A stretch of DNA of 64,000 nucleotides from Gammaproteobacteria bacterium (GCA_047517965.1 JAKZRU010000016.1:34484-98483), one strand, 5' to 3'. Positions 1 through 11,869 are shown, counted from the first letter of the stretch. Notes: generated by a model not told the origin, from the letters alone. Made by a program: numbers and translations.

Positions 1-204
1 CAACCACATCAAGCCGACACTTTCTTCCACCAAAAACAGCCCTTCATCAAGAATCACCTGATAGAATTCTGCGAAATAGGTGCTGTCCTGCTCGAAAAAC
101 TTGGACAATCTGTCCAATGATACGGAAGAAATTGCTACTGTAGGTGCAATAAAAACCGCCAGTGTCAGTATGCGCACCAGAGATTTCTTACTAAATATTC
201 TCAT
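1..204 (-). CDS. lolA: Outer-membrane lipoprotein carrier protein LolA, N-terminal part (gene runs off the left edge)
   Basis: Own minus-strand translation from ATG 204-202 (GGAGGA 5 nt upstream): MRIFSKKSLVRILTLAVFIAPTVAISSVSLDRLSKFFEQDSTYFAEFYQVILDEG... This shows a signal peptide plus a LolA-like N-terminus. It lies directly downstream of ftsK, as in E. coli. Confidence 0.6.
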   Translation of the reverse strand, partial: MRIFSKKSLVRILTLAVFIAPTVAISSVSLDRLSKFFEQDSTYFAEFYQVILDEGLFLVEESVGLMWL

Positions 205-205
205 G

Positions 206-2626
206 TCATTCCTCCGGCGGTGGTACTAGAACTTCTCGCTTTCCACCAGCCTGAAGCGGACTGACCGCACCGGCCGCCTCCATGTTCTCAATAATTCTTG
301 CGGCTCTGTTATAGCCAATGCGTAAATGCCGCTGAACCGAAGATATAGTCGGTCGCCTGGAGCGCGCCACAAAATCCAGAGCAGCATTGTAGAGTTCGTC
401 CTCTTCATCATCCAATCCAAATCTGCCATTGTTAGAATTGGAGCCAACCTCATTGTTCAATGCCGCTTCCATACTTTCGTCGTACACTGGGTCCCCTGAG
501 CGTTTGACGCTATCAACGACTCGTTTGACTTCATCATCGTCTACAAACGCACCATGTACACGCTTAGCCGTCGCACTTCCAGGCGGAATAAACAACATGT
601 CACCCGCTCCCAATAAATGCTCAGCGCCCGGTTGATCAAGAATCGTTCGAGAATCTGCGTTTGAAGCTACCTTGAACCCGATTCTCGTTGGGATATTTGC
701 CTTGAGTGTGCCGCGAATCACATCCGTAGAAGGACGTTGTGTTGCAACAATCAGATGAATGCCTGCTGCGCGCGCTCGTTGTGCAATCCGAATAATCAAT
801 TCCTCAGATTTCTTGGAGGTGGCCATAATCAAATCAGCCAATTCATCAATGATGACGACAATATAGGCGAAGGGTACAAGCGGCTTGGCCAGCTCAGAAT
901 CCGCTGCTGTAGGGTCTGGAATCGGATTTTTAGAATTACGTACCAACTCGTTGCAATTCTCCATGTTCCGAACACCCAGATGGGCCATGATCTCGAAGCG
1001 TCGTTCCATTTCGGAAATACACCAGTGCAGCGCATTGTCTGTTTTTGCTACTTCAGTGATCACTGGCACAAGCAAATGCGGAATTCCCTCGTATATTGAT
1101 AGTTCAAGCCGTTTGGGATCAATCATGATCAATCGGAGATCGTCCGGCGTCGACTTGAAAAGAAAACTCAGCAGAATCGCATTCAAACAAACCGATTTAC
1201 CAGCTCCGGTAGTACCGGCGATCAGCAAATGTGGCATGGCTGCGAGGTTCGAGACTACGGTACGGCCGCCAATATCCTTGCCCAAAACCATCGTTAGAGG
1301 ATGTTTCGATTTCTTGTATTCATCCGAATCCAGTCCGTCGATCAGACGAACTAATTCGCGCTTCGTATTCGGGACTTCTAGCCCGACGTACGAACTTCCC
1401 GGAATATTGTCAACAACACGCACGCTCATAACTCTCAGCTGCCGAGCAAGGTCAGTGGAAAGGTTTACAATCTGGCTTGCTTTGACGCCCGCCGCTGGAT
1501 CAATTTCGAACTGCGTGATGACCGGCCCGGGATGTGCTCCCCGAACAGCCACCTGAACATTGAAATCTCCCAGCATGAATTCAATTTTGGCAGCCATTTC
1601 ATTAATTTCTTCTTGTGAATACGCATTGTTGGATTTTTCTGAAGGGTCCAGTATCGAAATATCAGGAAATGTCTGCTGAACAGCCGGAGATTTATTTGAC
1701 ACATCTGTAGTCTTCTTCGCGGATACCGTCCGATTCAGTTGCAATGGGGGGGCTGACTGTCCCATTGAAGGCTGTGATTCTATTTCGGATTGGACCGGCA
1801 CATTCTGACCTTTCAATGGAACGATAATTGGCTCGGCACGCCGTCTATCACCTGAAACTCGTGGTTTCGGCCTTTCGGCTTGAATCGACGGCTTTGATTG
1901 CTGGCTTTTATTCTGTGACTTTAATTTCGTTTTTCCAAACCCGTCACGTAATCGAATACGACCTGAGCTTTTCTCGTTGCGAATTGGTGTGGCAAACCTC
2001 TTCCTTGAAGTTGTTTGTCTTTTCTCGACTCTACCAATTGAAAACAAATTCAGACAGAGAGCGAATAATAAATTTCCAGTGAAGTTGAATATTCGAATCC
2101 AGGGAATAATCCCGAGCGCGTTGGTGCCAACTACGAAAAATCCGGCAAACAATGAAACGGCCCATTTCTCTTGAATATAAGCTGCTGCAAGCTTGGTGAC
2201 TTCATAACCCAAAACACCGCCACGATGAAATCCCGTTTGGTAGGTGCCGTAAAGGCTTTCCAGACCACAACCCCCGAAAAATGTCAGAACAAAGCCGATA
2301 AAGAACAGAATCGGAAGGAAGATTTGCCCGCCTCCGCTGTGCTGCCGTTTCCATTTTCGTTGGTAATTCCATCCAAATTGGGCAATGCCCACAGGGATGA
2401 AAATTACAGAGTATCCAAATAGATATAAGCCGATGTCTGCGATGTAGGCACCGATGACCCCACCAATATTGGAAATCTCATCCGGAGAGTTAGAAGCATT
2501 CCATCCGGGATCGGCAGGAGAATAAGTCAAAAAAATCGCAGCGAGAGTCAATGCCAATGCCCAAAGCAGAAGCATCAGAAATTCACTACTAATGCGAAAG
2601 AATGTTGATATTACTTTGCCAGCCAA
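206..2626 (-). CDS. ftsK: DNA translocase FtsK
   Basis: 806 aa. N-terminal TM helices, a Pro/Gln/Ser-rich linker, a Walker A (GTTGAGKS), the FtsK/SpoIIIE motor and a C-terminal gamma domain (ISSVQRHLRIGYNRAARIIE). The track start is TTG. Confidence 0.95.
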   Translation of the reverse strand: MAGKVISTFFRISSEFLMLLLWALALTLAAIFLTYSPADPGWNASNSPDEISNIGGVIGAYIADIGLYLFGYSVIFIPVGIAQFGWNYQRKWKRQHSGGGQIFLPILFFIGFVLTFFGGCGLESLYGTYQTGFHRGGVLGYEVTKLAAAYIQEKWAVSLFAGFFVVGTNALGIIPWIRIFNFTGNLLFALCLNLFSIGRVEKRQTTSRKRFATPIRNEKSSGRIRLRDGFGKTKLKSQNKSQQSKPSIQAERPKPRVSGDRRRAEPIIVPLKGQNVPVQSEIESQPSMGQSAPPLQLNRTVSAKKTTDVSNKSPAVQQTFPDISILDPSEKSNNAYSQEEINEMAAKIEFMLGDFNVQVAVRGAHPGPVITQFEIDPAAGVKASQIVNLSTDLARQLRVMSVRVVDNIPGSSYVGLEVPNTKRELVRLIDGLDSDEYKKSKHPLTMVLGKDIGGRTVVSNLAAMPHLLIAGTTGAGKSVCLNAILLSFLFKSTPDDLRLIMIDPKRLELSIYEGIPHLLVPVITEVAKTDNALHWCISEMERRFEIMAHLGVRNMENCNELVRNSKNPIPDPTAADSELAKPLVPFAYIVVIIDELADLIMATSKKSEELIIRIAQRARAAGIHLIVATQRPSTDVIRGTLKANIPTRIGFKVASNADSRTILDQPGAEHLLGAGDMLFIPPGSATAKRVHGAFVDDDEVKRVVDSVKRSGDPVYDESMEAALNNEVGSNSNNGRFGLDDEEDELYNAALDFVARSRRPTISSVQRHLRIGYNRAARIIENMEAAGAVSPLQAGGKREVLVPPPEE

Positions 2627-3096
2627 ACCAAAGAATTGCTGTGAAGCTGCAGAAAAAAGGGTAAGTTGGAACTTACTTGAGAAACTCTTGTTGGTGCATA
2701 TCGCATTGCAATTTTTGCACTCTGGGACAATTATAAATTAGTTTCATGTTCGGATAGTGACAGAAACACAGGCGAAACAAAATCTACATCAGAGAGACTA
2801 ACTCAATTTGTTTCCCGCAAACAAACCATAAATCAATGATTAGATTGATGTATGAAGTGAGAATTTTGTTTCAATTCCTGAGTCTTGCGCTAACAGCTAA
2901 CACTGTGTGCAAGAACACTGCGTAGTTTACCTATACTCTGTATTGGCTACTTTGCCGAACCAAAACTCTTGCCAATTCTGGTTTATAATTTCGTTTGTGC
3001 TATTCAGCGCAAGGTTCACCTCCAAATTCATTGCTGGGGTTTCAAATCGAATGTTCATTCAGCAGACGGAAAAGATTATGAGGGATGCCAATCTGA

Positions 3097-4089
<993 letters not shown>

Positions 4090-4112
4090 CGAATTGCACT
4101 TGCTGACTTAAA

Positions 4113-4646
4113 ATGAAATCCTCCGACACATTCGAGTCCGCCATGGAAAAATTCGGCGTGACTCAGCTGGATCAAGCCGCGAAAATTGAACACAACAAAC
4201 TGAAACCTTTACCAAATAACGAAAAAGCCGTTGCTGAAGAACAGAGTGTTCTCAGAGAATCCATGGCTGAATTCCCGGATCTTTCCAAAGTGGAAATTGA
4301 CGGTAACGAAGAATTCCGCAAACCCGGACTAGCCAAGCGGGACTTTATCCGATTAAAGCAAGGAAAGTTCCACCGACAGGATTCTGCGTATGTTCGCGGA
4401 TATACAGTCGAGGAATCGGCGAAGATTGTTCGTCGTTTCCTCGCAGACTCCGTCAACTCTGGTTTTCGATGCGTAAAAATTGTCCATGGGAAAGGATTAA
4501 ATTCTCCCGATGGAATATCCAGAGTCAAACTCACTACGCAAAAAATACTGACACTGAATAAATTTGTACTTGGCTACTGCAACGCATTGCCAAATGACGG
4601 CGGCTCGGGGGCGAAGTACATTCTGCTGAAAAAAAGACAGGGCTGA
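4113..4646 (+). CDS. Smr (MutS2-related small) domain protein
   Basis: The C-terminal 80 aa match the Smr domain pattern (VRGYTVEES...VKIVHGKGLNSP...GGSGAKYILL). Confidence 0.75.
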   Translation: MKSSDTFESAMEKFGVTQLDQAAKIEHNKLKPLPNNEKAVAEEQSVLRESMAEFPDLSKVEIDGNEEFRKPGLAKRDFIRLKQGKFHRQDSAYVRGYTVEESAKIVRRFLADSVNSGFRCVKIVHGKGLNSPDGISRVKLTTQKILTLNKFVLGYCNALPNDGGSGAKYILLKKRQG

Positions 4647-4688
4647 ATAGCAGCGTAAGCCTCCCATCCGTCCTTAATGATTGGCCAG

Positions 4689-5165
4689 TCAGGATGTCAT
4701 TGACACTACAGCCCAAACAGCGATGCCTTCTTTCCGACCGATAAATCCAAGACTCTCCGTAGTCGTCGCTTTTACATTGACCTGTTCTTTGGAGATTTCC
4801 AAATCCCGAGCAATGTTCATTTTCATCTCGGAGGTGTAAGGACTCAATTGCGGAGCCTGAGCAACCACTGTAATATCGACATTGGATACCGAGTAACCTA
4901 ACTTAACAAGATCCCCAGCAACCTTCCGAAGAAAGAAACGGCTGTCTACATCCTTGTATTGAGGATCGGTATTTGGAAAATGGATACCAATGTCTCCGAG
5001 TCCCGCCGCACCCAGTAGTGCATCCACTACTGCATGTACTATTGCGTCGGCGTCAGAATGCCCTGCAAGTCCCACAGTGTGGGGAATATCTACGCCGCCG
5101 AGCATGAGTTTCCTGTCCTTGGCAAACTCATGTACATCGAATCCGAATCCGACTCTGAAGTTCAA
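4689..5165 (-). CDS. ispF: 2-C-methyl-D-erythritol 2,4-cyclodiphosphate synthase
   Basis: 158 aa. RVGFGFDVHEF and GHSDADAIVHAVVDALLGA motifs. Downstream of ispD. Confidence 0.95.
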   Translation of the reverse strand: MNFRVGFGFDVHEFAKDRKLMLGGVDIPHTVGLAGHSDADAIVHAVVDALLGAAGLGDIGIHFPNTDPQYKDVDSRFFLRKVAGDLVKLGYSVSNVDITVVAQAPQLSPYTSEMKMNIARDLEISKEQVNVKATTTESLGFIGRKEGIAVWAVVSMTS

Positions 5166-5198
5166 TTTATATTTCCTGAATGGAGTTCAAGATTTGCA

Positions 5199-5942
5199 TT
5201 ACAGGTTCACCATTGCATGAGCTATGTTCATGTCATCAGCTGTTGTGATCTTGATGTTTGATGAACTGCCTCTGACGAGAATTGGATGGTAGCCAAGCAG
5301 TTCCACTGCCTGCGCTTCATCAGTAACCTCTGTACCAGATTGTAGGCATTTGGTTAAAGCTCTATTCAGGATACCAATTTTGAACATTTGCGGTGTCTGC
5401 GCTCGAAAAAGCTCACCTCGCGGCAAGGTTTTGGATATTCGACTTGAGGAGCCAAGCTTGACAGTATCGTGAATAGGCTCGCTTAGTATTCCACCATTCA
5501 AGTCTTCTCCAACATTCGACAGCAAAGAAGAGATTTCATCCAGACTTAAAAATGGCCGATTGGAATCGTGAACGAGAATCCAATCACTCTCTGAACAACC
5601 ATTTTCAAGAAGGTGCCTCGTCCCATTCAGCACGGTTTCAGCGCGAGATATTCCTCCATGGTATATGTCTAAGACTTTCGGATGCAGGGACTTTACCCAT
5701 TCACTGCGCTCGCAATCTGCCGATAAGCCGATATATATCCCTTCGATCTTTTCATGGTTAGCTAGTGATTCTACAGCCCGTTCAAGGACAGTTTTATCTC
5801 CTAGTTTCATGAATTGTTTGGGTATGGATGCCTCCATCCGCTGGCCGATTCCTGCCGCTGGTATCAATCCCCAGTAACGATTCAACGGAAATTCATTGAC
5901 TTGACTGACCATATTTAAATTCTGTCCAATAGATGACCGCAA
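5199..5942 (-). CDS. ispD: 2-C-methyl-D-erythritol 4-phosphate cytidylyltransferase
   Basis: GLIPAAGIGQRM P-loop-like motif, the right length and ispD-ispF adjacency. The true start may be the internal Met (MVSQV...). Confidence 0.9.
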   Translation of the reverse strand: MRSSIGQNLNMVSQVNEFPLNRYWGLIPAAGIGQRMEASIPKQFMKLGDKTVLERAVESLANHEKIEGIYIGLSADCERSEWVKSLHPKVLDIYHGGISRAETVLNGTRHLLENGCSESDWILVHDSNRPFLSLDEISSLLSNVGEDLNGGILSEPIHDTVKLGSSSRISKTLPRGELFRAQTPQMFKIGILNRALTKCLQSGTEVTDEAQAVELLGYHPILVRGSSSNIKITTADDMNIAHAMVNL

Positions 5943-6348
5943 TCTGCGAGTAGGCGTCGCACTAGAATAAGTAGTCTAGTTTAGTAACTTCGGAACTGTA
6001 TTTACGAATAGCTAGATGCATAGACTCCCAGAGAGCACTCCGTGAACAGTCAAAACACAGGCATGCACAACTACTCTGGCCCATTATATAGTGGGCGTTC
6101 GCAAAGTAGATTGAGATAGTGAGAAGCTGAGTGTTAGATATTATGGTGTTATGTGCATAATGGGTGATTGCAAGCATGTGTACGCACCATGAATCTGTCG
6201 ACTTTCTCAATGAGATTGGGCTCAGTGCCATTGTGTTCCTTAATTCTGCGAACGTTTGTTACAAATGCTTGGTTGTCTACTTTCTATCGTTCAATATAAT
6301 TTCTTCTGCTTGTTCGGTACATTATTCTTACACCCATTGATTTGAGAC

Positions 6349-9300
6349 GTGGATCAAAATCACAAAAATTCTCCACTTAATCCTCCGACTATTCAAGTCG
6401 AAGATGCAAGCGTATCGTGGTGTGAATTGTATGGAAGCGCCGATGCACTCGCTATCGCATCAGCGGCCGGCAGACACTCTGGGCTGGCTGTGGTAGTGAC
6501 GGGTAGCAGTCGAGAAGCAGAAATCCTTGTGGAGTCCCAGAAATTTTACAGTTCAGAAAGCGTTCCCATCCTATTATTTCCGGGCTGGGAGTGTCTTCCG
6601 TATGACACCTTCAGCCCGCACCAGGACATTGTGTCTCAGAGAATAAATCTTCTTAGCAAGCTACCATTACTTGCACGCGGAATTGTTGTGGTATCGGTCG
6701 ACAATCTCATGCAAAGGCTCCCCCCTGTCAATTACATCGCAGCAAACAGTTTTGCACTTGCAATCGGTTCCATTCTAAATGTTGAAGCACTTCGCAATCA
6801 ACTGAATCAGGCATCGTATCGAGATGTCAAGCAAGTAGAAGCATCTGGAGAATATGCCTTTCGAGGCGGCGTGGTTGACCTGTATCCCACGGGAGCAGCC
6901 GATCCTATTCGTATTGAACTGTTTGGAGACAGAATCGACACACTTCGCTTCTTTGATGCGCAAACACAGCTGTCAAAACAGAAAATCGAAAGTATCGAAA
7001 TTCTCCCGGGCGGAGAAATTCCAATAAACGATGAGAGCATTCGGTCTCTTCGTCAAGGGATTCGCGAACATTTAGACGGTGACCCTCGCGAGAACGAAGT
7101 CTACAATGGAATTGACTCAAAACAGCTGCCAAATGGTACGGAATTCTATCTCCCGCTTTTCTACCGTAGTACTTGTTTGCTTTTCGACTACGTTCCTTCT
7201 TCCTCCGTCTACTTCACAATGGAGAGCTGCCTCAGCGGTGCCGATCAGTTTTGGCAGCAAGTAAATGAGCGCTTTCAGATTGCGAGCAATCGTGCTTCAC
7301 GGCTTCCCTTGTTACCGAATATGCTCTATCTCTCTCCCACCCAACTCGAAGAACAGCTGAAATTGCACGCAAATGTACAAATCAATGGAATGTCACACTC
7401 CTTCATTCACAATTTTCAGACCGAACAACCACCAGAAATTTCAGTAAAAAGTCGAAATATAAAACTTGAACTAACACTGCAAAGTCACCTTAAATCAGCA
7501 CAACTAAAAACACTAATTTGTGTTGACGGTTTGGGGCAGCGCGAGACAGTCGAAAACGCTCTTAAGAAAATTGAAATTCCATATGCCCGTGTCGAAACAT
7601 GGGACAACTTCATAAAGTGCAACTCACAACTCGCTATCTCAATATCAAGACTGCAAGCAGGACTACAGATTCCACAAGATGGATTGCAAGTCATCACAAG
7701 CTCGGAACTATTCGGAAGACGAATTCAGGCTCCGAAACCAACCACCCGGGTTCGAAGTCCGGAAGCCCTAATCGCCTCCATGGAAGAGTTGGAAATTGGA
7801 GAACCCGTAGTTCACGAACTATATGGAATTGGCCTGTATCGGGGACTTGTAACGATGGATGTGACCGGGATGCCAACAGAATTCCTGACTATAGAATACC
7901 GAGACAATGAAACTCTCTATGTCCCTGTCTATTCAATCGACTACGTTAGTCGCTTTGTCGGCAGAAAATCTGAAGAGTTGGTGCTCAATTCGTTGAGCTC
8001 GAAAAATTGGGACAAGGCAAGAAGGAATGCCCGCGAAAAAGTTTTTGACATTGCCGCTGAACTGCTGGAAATTCAGTCACTAAGAGATTCTCGTAAAGGG
8101 AATTGTATGCCTGTACCCGAAGAGGATTATCAGAACTTCGTCTCTCGCTTTACCTATCGTGAAACCCCGGACCAAAAGAATGCCATAGGACAGGTGCTGA
8201 ATGATCTTAGTTTGAGTCGGCCAATGGACAGACTTATTTGCGGTGATGTCGGATTTGGGAAAACTGAGGTTGCCATGCGTGCGGCACTGGTCGCAGTTGC
8301 GAACAGCTACCAAGTCGCAGTAATTGTCCCGACTACACTCTTGGCTCAGCAGCATTTCGATGTATTTCAGGATCGTTTCTCAGAAATGGGAATCCGTATA
8401 GAACTGTTGTCTCGAATGCGAAAAAGTTCCGACGTAAAAGATGTCATGCACCATTTGAAAACCGGCAAGGTGGATATCGCCATTGGAACTCATAGACTGC
8501 TTCAAAGTGATGTTGAATTCTCCAATTTGGGCCTGCTCATCATTGATGAAGAACACCGATTCGGGGTTCGACAAAAAGAGCACCTCAAAAAACTCCGTAC
8601 CAATGTCGATATCCTTACACTCACGGCAACCCCTATTCCGCGTACCTTGAGCATGGCCATGAATGAAATTCGTGATATTTCGATTATCGCAACACCCCCA
8701 GACAACCGGCTCAGTGTTCGAACATTCCTGAAGAGTTGGCAACCTGAAATTATTCGCGAGGCATGCCAGCGAGAATTGGGGCGAGGAGGACAGATTTACT
8801 ATGTCTACAATGAAGTCAGATCCATTCAGCAAGCTGCAAGAGAGCTTGCAAAAATAGTCCCTGAAGCGACTATTGATGTTGCACACGGACAAATGCCGAA
8901 GCTCAAGCTTGAAGCAGTCATGAAAAATTTCTATACGCAGAAGTTCGATGTTCTCGTGTGTAGTACGATCATAGAAAGCGGTATCGACATACCCACTGCC
9001 AATACCATCATTATCGACAGAGCATCCAAATTCGGTTTGGCACAACTTCACCAACTGCGAGGCCGTGTCGGACGGTCGCATCATCAGGCTTATGCTTATC
9101 TGCTGATTCCAAATAAAGAGTATCTTCGAGGCGATGCGAGGCACAGGCTAGAGGCAATCGAGGCTTTCGATCAACTAGGAATGGGGTACGTCATCGCCGC
9201 GCACGATTTAGAAATTCGTGGAGCGGGTGCGCTACTCGGAGAAGAGCAAAGCGGCGCAATTAATGATATCGGCTATGCCATGTATTCAGACTTTCTGAAG

Positions 9301-9846
9301 GATGCTGTATTGACGCTCAAAAATTCTCGTTCTAAACAAATTTTCAACAGTTCTCCAATTGCCAAGCAGGACAGCGCTGAAATCAATCTACATGCTCCAG
9401 CACTTATTCCTGAAAAATGGATTCCAAATGTAAACTTGAGATTGACACTCTATCGAAAAATCGCAACTGCAAGCGATAGTGCAAAACTCAATCAACTAAA
9501 GGCGGAAATGCTCGACCGATTCGGTCGATTTCCGAAAGAAGTCTCACTGCTATTCCATATCAGCAGTCTGAAACTACACTCAGTAAAACTGGGCATTGTG
9601 AATATCAATATTGGCTCGCACTCAGGACGGATTGTGTTCGGGGCACAAGCAAACTTTGATGTGAACGGACTCAACCACTTGATTGAAAGTTATCCGGGAT
9701 CTGTGAAACTCAGCAAACCGGATTCGGCAATTCTTCTAACTCACTTACTTGATTCAGAAGATGACAGAATAAAGAAAGCATTCTTCATTCTGGACACTCT
9801 AACTCCAAAGGGAGTGAATAGTACCCAACAGCATGCTACAAATTGA
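6349..9846 (+). CDS. mfd: Transcription-repair coupling factor Mfd
   Basis: 1165 aa. UvrB-homology N-terminus, an RNAP-interaction region, superfamily-2 helicase motifs (GDVGFGKTEVA, DEEHRFG, QLRGRVGRS) and a TRG motif region. GTG start. Confidence 0.95.
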   Translation: MDQNHKNSPLNPPTIQVEDASVSWCELYGSADALAIASAAGRHSGLAVVVTGSSREAEILVESQKFYSSESVPILLFPGWECLPYDTFSPHQDIVSQRINLLSKLPLLARGIVVVSVDNLMQRLPPVNYIAANSFALAIGSILNVEALRNQLNQASYRDVKQVEASGEYAFRGGVVDLYPTGAADPIRIELFGDRIDTLRFFDAQTQLSKQKIESIEILPGGEIPINDESIRSLRQGIREHLDGDPRENEVYNGIDSKQLPNGTEFYLPLFYRSTCLLFDYVPSSSVYFTMESCLSGADQFWQQVNERFQIASNRASRLPLLPNMLYLSPTQLEEQLKLHANVQINGMSHSFIHNFQTEQPPEISVKSRNIKLELTLQSHLKSAQLKTLICVDGLGQRETVENALKKIEIPYARVETWDNFIKCNSQLAISISRLQAGLQIPQDGLQVITSSELFGRRIQAPKPTTRVRSPEALIASMEELEIGEPVVHELYGIGLYRGLVTMDVTGMPTEFLTIEYRDNETLYVPVYSIDYVSRFVGRKSEELVLNSLSSKNWDKARRNAREKVFDIAAELLEIQSLRDSRKGNCMPVPEEDYQNFVSRFTYRETPDQKNAIGQVLNDLSLSRPMDRLICGDVGFGKTEVAMRAALVAVANSYQVAVIVPTTLLAQQHFDVFQDRFSEMGIRIELLSRMRKSSDVKDVMHHLKTGKVDIAIGTHRLLQSDVEFSNLGLLIIDEEHRFGVRQKEHLKKLRTNVDILTLTATPIPRTLSMAMNEIRDISIIATPPDNRLSVRTFLKSWQPEIIREACQRELGRGGQIYYVYNEVRSIQQAARELAKIVPEATIDVAHGQMPKLKLEAVMKNFYTQKFDVLVCSTIIESGIDIPTANTIIIDRASKFGLAQLHQLRGRVGRSHHQAYAYLLIPNKEYLRGDARHRLEAIEAFDQLGMGYVIAAHDLEIRGAGALLGEEQSGAINDIGYAMYSDFLKDAVLTLKNSRSKQIFNSSPIAKQDSAEINLHAPALIPEKWIPNVNLRLTLYRKIATASDSAKLNQLKAEMLDRFGRFPKEVSLLFHISSLKLHSVKLGIVNINIGSHSGRIVFGAQANFDVNGLNHLIESYPGSVKLSKPDSAILLTHLLDSEDDRIKKAFFILDTLTPKGVNSTQQHATN

Positions 9847-10449
9847 TCTGTTCCCTTCCGGGTGAGTCAAATCAGTGAGTAGATAAGGTCTAATTCGCCA
9901 GTACCACCAGAAAATGCGTCTCTTTGGGGTGAAGACTACCCCTACCAACGTGAAATTCCCCCCACAAAACACCAACAATTATTTTTGAACATCCAGTCAG
10001 ACAGCCGCTCACTTCTTCATTATCAGACGACATCGCCGCCAATTCTTGATTTCCGCCATCAATTCCCAAAATAAAACTATATATGCAGACTACTCCAAAA
10101 TTTCAGGGAGAACACACCATAGTCCTTGAATCATATAGTCGGCGTTGTCTCGAATTGAACTCGGCATTAAGAGGTTGGCCATCCAATATGATTCGAAATC
10201 CATGTGAGGTAGTGTTAGACACTATTCCAACTGACTCCCGACACTGGCTAGTCGGACCGAGTGCAGGGTGGCACTTTTGGCGTGTGCCTGAATGAACCAG
10301 CAACTACACACTTGTGCCATTCCGCATAGCTTACTTCATATTTGGCTATCGCCAGAGCGCATTAGGTTGTCCCTTTGATGAAATCTCAACAGAGACAAGT
10401 CAGGAATAAGATCGCTTTGCAATGAAGCAGAGGCGCCTACCGTGACATG

Positions 10450-10548
10450 CTACACGCCTGGGTACCAGTTGGCAAATACAAAACCTGCCACGGCACCCAA
10501 GCAGCCAACAATAACACAGACAGTTGTCAATGCCGGCAATCGCCTCAT
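10450..10548 (-). CDS. Possible 32-aa single-TM mini-protein downstream of nirK (speculative)
   Basis: Own translation: MRRLPALTTVCVIVGCLGAVAGFVFANWYPGV*, starting 35 nt after the nirK stop on the same strand. It is a hydrophobic helix. It is below the ORF-track cutoff and has no strong RBS. Confidence 0.2.
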   Translation of the reverse strand: MRRLPALTTVCVIVGCLGAVAGFVFANWYPGV

Positions 10549-10583
10549 CACTTCATCCGTTCAACTCCCACAGGAATCTGAAT

Positions 10584-11795
10584 TCAGCCTGACATCGGCC
10601 CCGGCTTCTGAACCTGTTTCATCAAACCATCGTCCCAGTCACCTTCGACAACAACATGTGATGCCGCTCCCAACTGAATAGCTTCAATCAGATTGTGGCT
10701 GAGGTATACATAGATGCCTGGTTGTCGAAACTTATACAAAGCAGCGCCAGCTGAACCACCTCGTATGAACCATGTTTCCAATCCAGTCGCAGGATCATCG
10801 GCAAATGATCCAGTTTCCCAGACGTAATCACCGTGACCGCCTATCAGATGAGGACGTGAATCGCGGTTTGACTGTGCATGGATGAACAGCGCCGTGCTTC
10901 CAACTTTCGACTTAAATGCATTGTCACCCGTAATTGCGCCAACTTTACCGTTGAAAACTACGTGAGATGGAATCAATTTAGCCATTAATGGTAAAACATC
11001 ACCCAAATTTTCGAGGGGCGCGCTATACGTCTTGTAGTTACCATTCTCGTCTTTCGGAATATAGAAATCCTGCTCACCAACATAGAAAATTTGATCGTAA
11101 CTCAGTTGGTTGCCATCCTTATCCTTCAAGCCGTCGCGCGGTAAAACCATTAGCGCACCGTTCATGCCGTGTACAACATGATAGGGAATCATCACCCCGC
11201 TTGGGGCACAGTGATACACGAATACACCTGGTTTGACTGCTCTCCATCGGAGCACTGTCTGCTCACCCGGCTGCACATGTGTAAGAGTGCCTCCTCCGAG
11301 TGCACCTGTTGATGCATGGAAGTCAATATTATGCTCCGTAACACTTTCCTTGGGGTTGATCAACGTCAGTTCGACAAAGTCACCTTCGTGACAGATGATC
11401 AACGGACCTGGAATAGAACCATTGAATGTAAGCGCCCAGACTTCAGCACCTGAATCATCTACTTTCCATTGCATTTCATGAGTCACCATCGTCACTTCAA
11501 CCACTTTGGGTCCCGTGCTTGCGATTTGCTCATGTTCCGGGGCATTTGGTGGTGCTACAAGTTCTTGCTTGACACGCGGAAGTGCAGCAATTTCCTCCTC
11601 ACTCATGGAAGAGTGCAAGCCTGCGCGTTCCCCCGCATCGGAAGTTCCATACGCATAGGCTGCTTGATTGCCAGCCATGGCAAACGCACCCAACGCTGCT
11701 GTAGTCGGCAATATAGTTGAAGCTTTCAGAAAATCCCTGCGATCTAGTTGATGCTCCAGGTTATCTGATTTAGGTTTTTCGTTTGACATAAGCAT
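10584..11795 (-). CDS. nirK: Copper-containing nitrite reductase NirK (Tat-exported)
   Basis: Twin-arginine signal (RRDFLKAS). Type 2 Cu ligands ([14 protein letters not shown]). Type 1 Cu site ([21 protein letters not shown]). HLIGGHGD is also present. The start is trimmed to ATG 11795 (or 11789), with GAGG just upstream. The track ORF extends to 11843. Confidence 0.9.
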   Translation of the reverse strand: MLMSNEKPKSDNLEHQLDRRDFLKASTILPTTAALGAFAMAGNQAAYAYGTSDAGERAGLHSSMSEEEIAALPRVKQELVAPPNAPEHEQIASTGPKVVEVTMVTHEMQWKVDDSGAEVWALTFNGSIPGPLIICHEGDFVELTLINPKESVTEHNIDFHASTGALGGGTLTHVQPGEQTVLRWRAVKPGVFVYHCAPSGVMIPYHVVHGMNGALMVLPRDGLKDKDGNQLSYDQIFYVGEQDFYIPKDENGNYKTYSAPLENLGDVLPLMAKLIPSHVVFNGKVGAITGDNAFKSKVGSTALFIHAQSNRDSRPHLIGGHGDYVWETGSFADDPATGLETWFIRGGSAGAALYKFRQPGIYVYLSHNLIEAIQLGAASHVVVEGDWDDGLMKQVQKPGPMSG

Positions 11796-11827
11796 ATACC
11801 TCAATTTATCTTTAAATGTTAGTAGTA

Positions 11828-11856
11828 AGACTAAATGATACAACTACGGGTGTCAA
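11828..11856 (-). promoter_or_regulatory. Candidate sigma70 promoter for nirK (TTGACA-N17-TAGTCT)
   Basis: Minus strand reads TTGACA (11856-11851), a 17-nt spacer, then TAGTCT (11833-11828), about 30 nt upstream of the nirK ATG. Pattern match only. Confidence 0.3.
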
Positions 11857-11869
11857 CCAAGTAAGAGAA

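Noticed and set aside
211-223. An identical 13-mer, cctccggcggtgg, at 211-223 and 12111-12123, considered as a possible dispersed repeat.
   Set aside because: Both copies are the last codons of minus-strand genes (ftsK ...PPPEE, def ...PPPEGSD). The match is explained by the shared Pro-Pro-Pro-Glu coding and does not extend into the flanks.
5962-6231. The 89-aa ORF in the ispD-mfd divergent spacer.
   Set aside because: It is Cys/His/Ser-rich with no motif, no RBS and atypical composition. It sits where two divergent promoters are expected and is probably non-coding.
8380-9144. Long antisense ORFs inside well-supported genes. Examples: 8380-9144(-) in mfd, 61764-62507(-) in the AcuI-like gene, 31459-32274(+) opposite trpS/folK, 885-1556(+) in ftsK, 18441-18929(+) and 18808-19356(+) opposite cmk/aroA, 22838-23368(+) opposite pheA/gyrA.
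   Set aside because: Each lies fully within, and opposite to, a gene with unmistakable family motifs. Their translations are low-complexity (Ser/Arg/Pro-rich) with no recognisable domains, so they are shadow ORFs.
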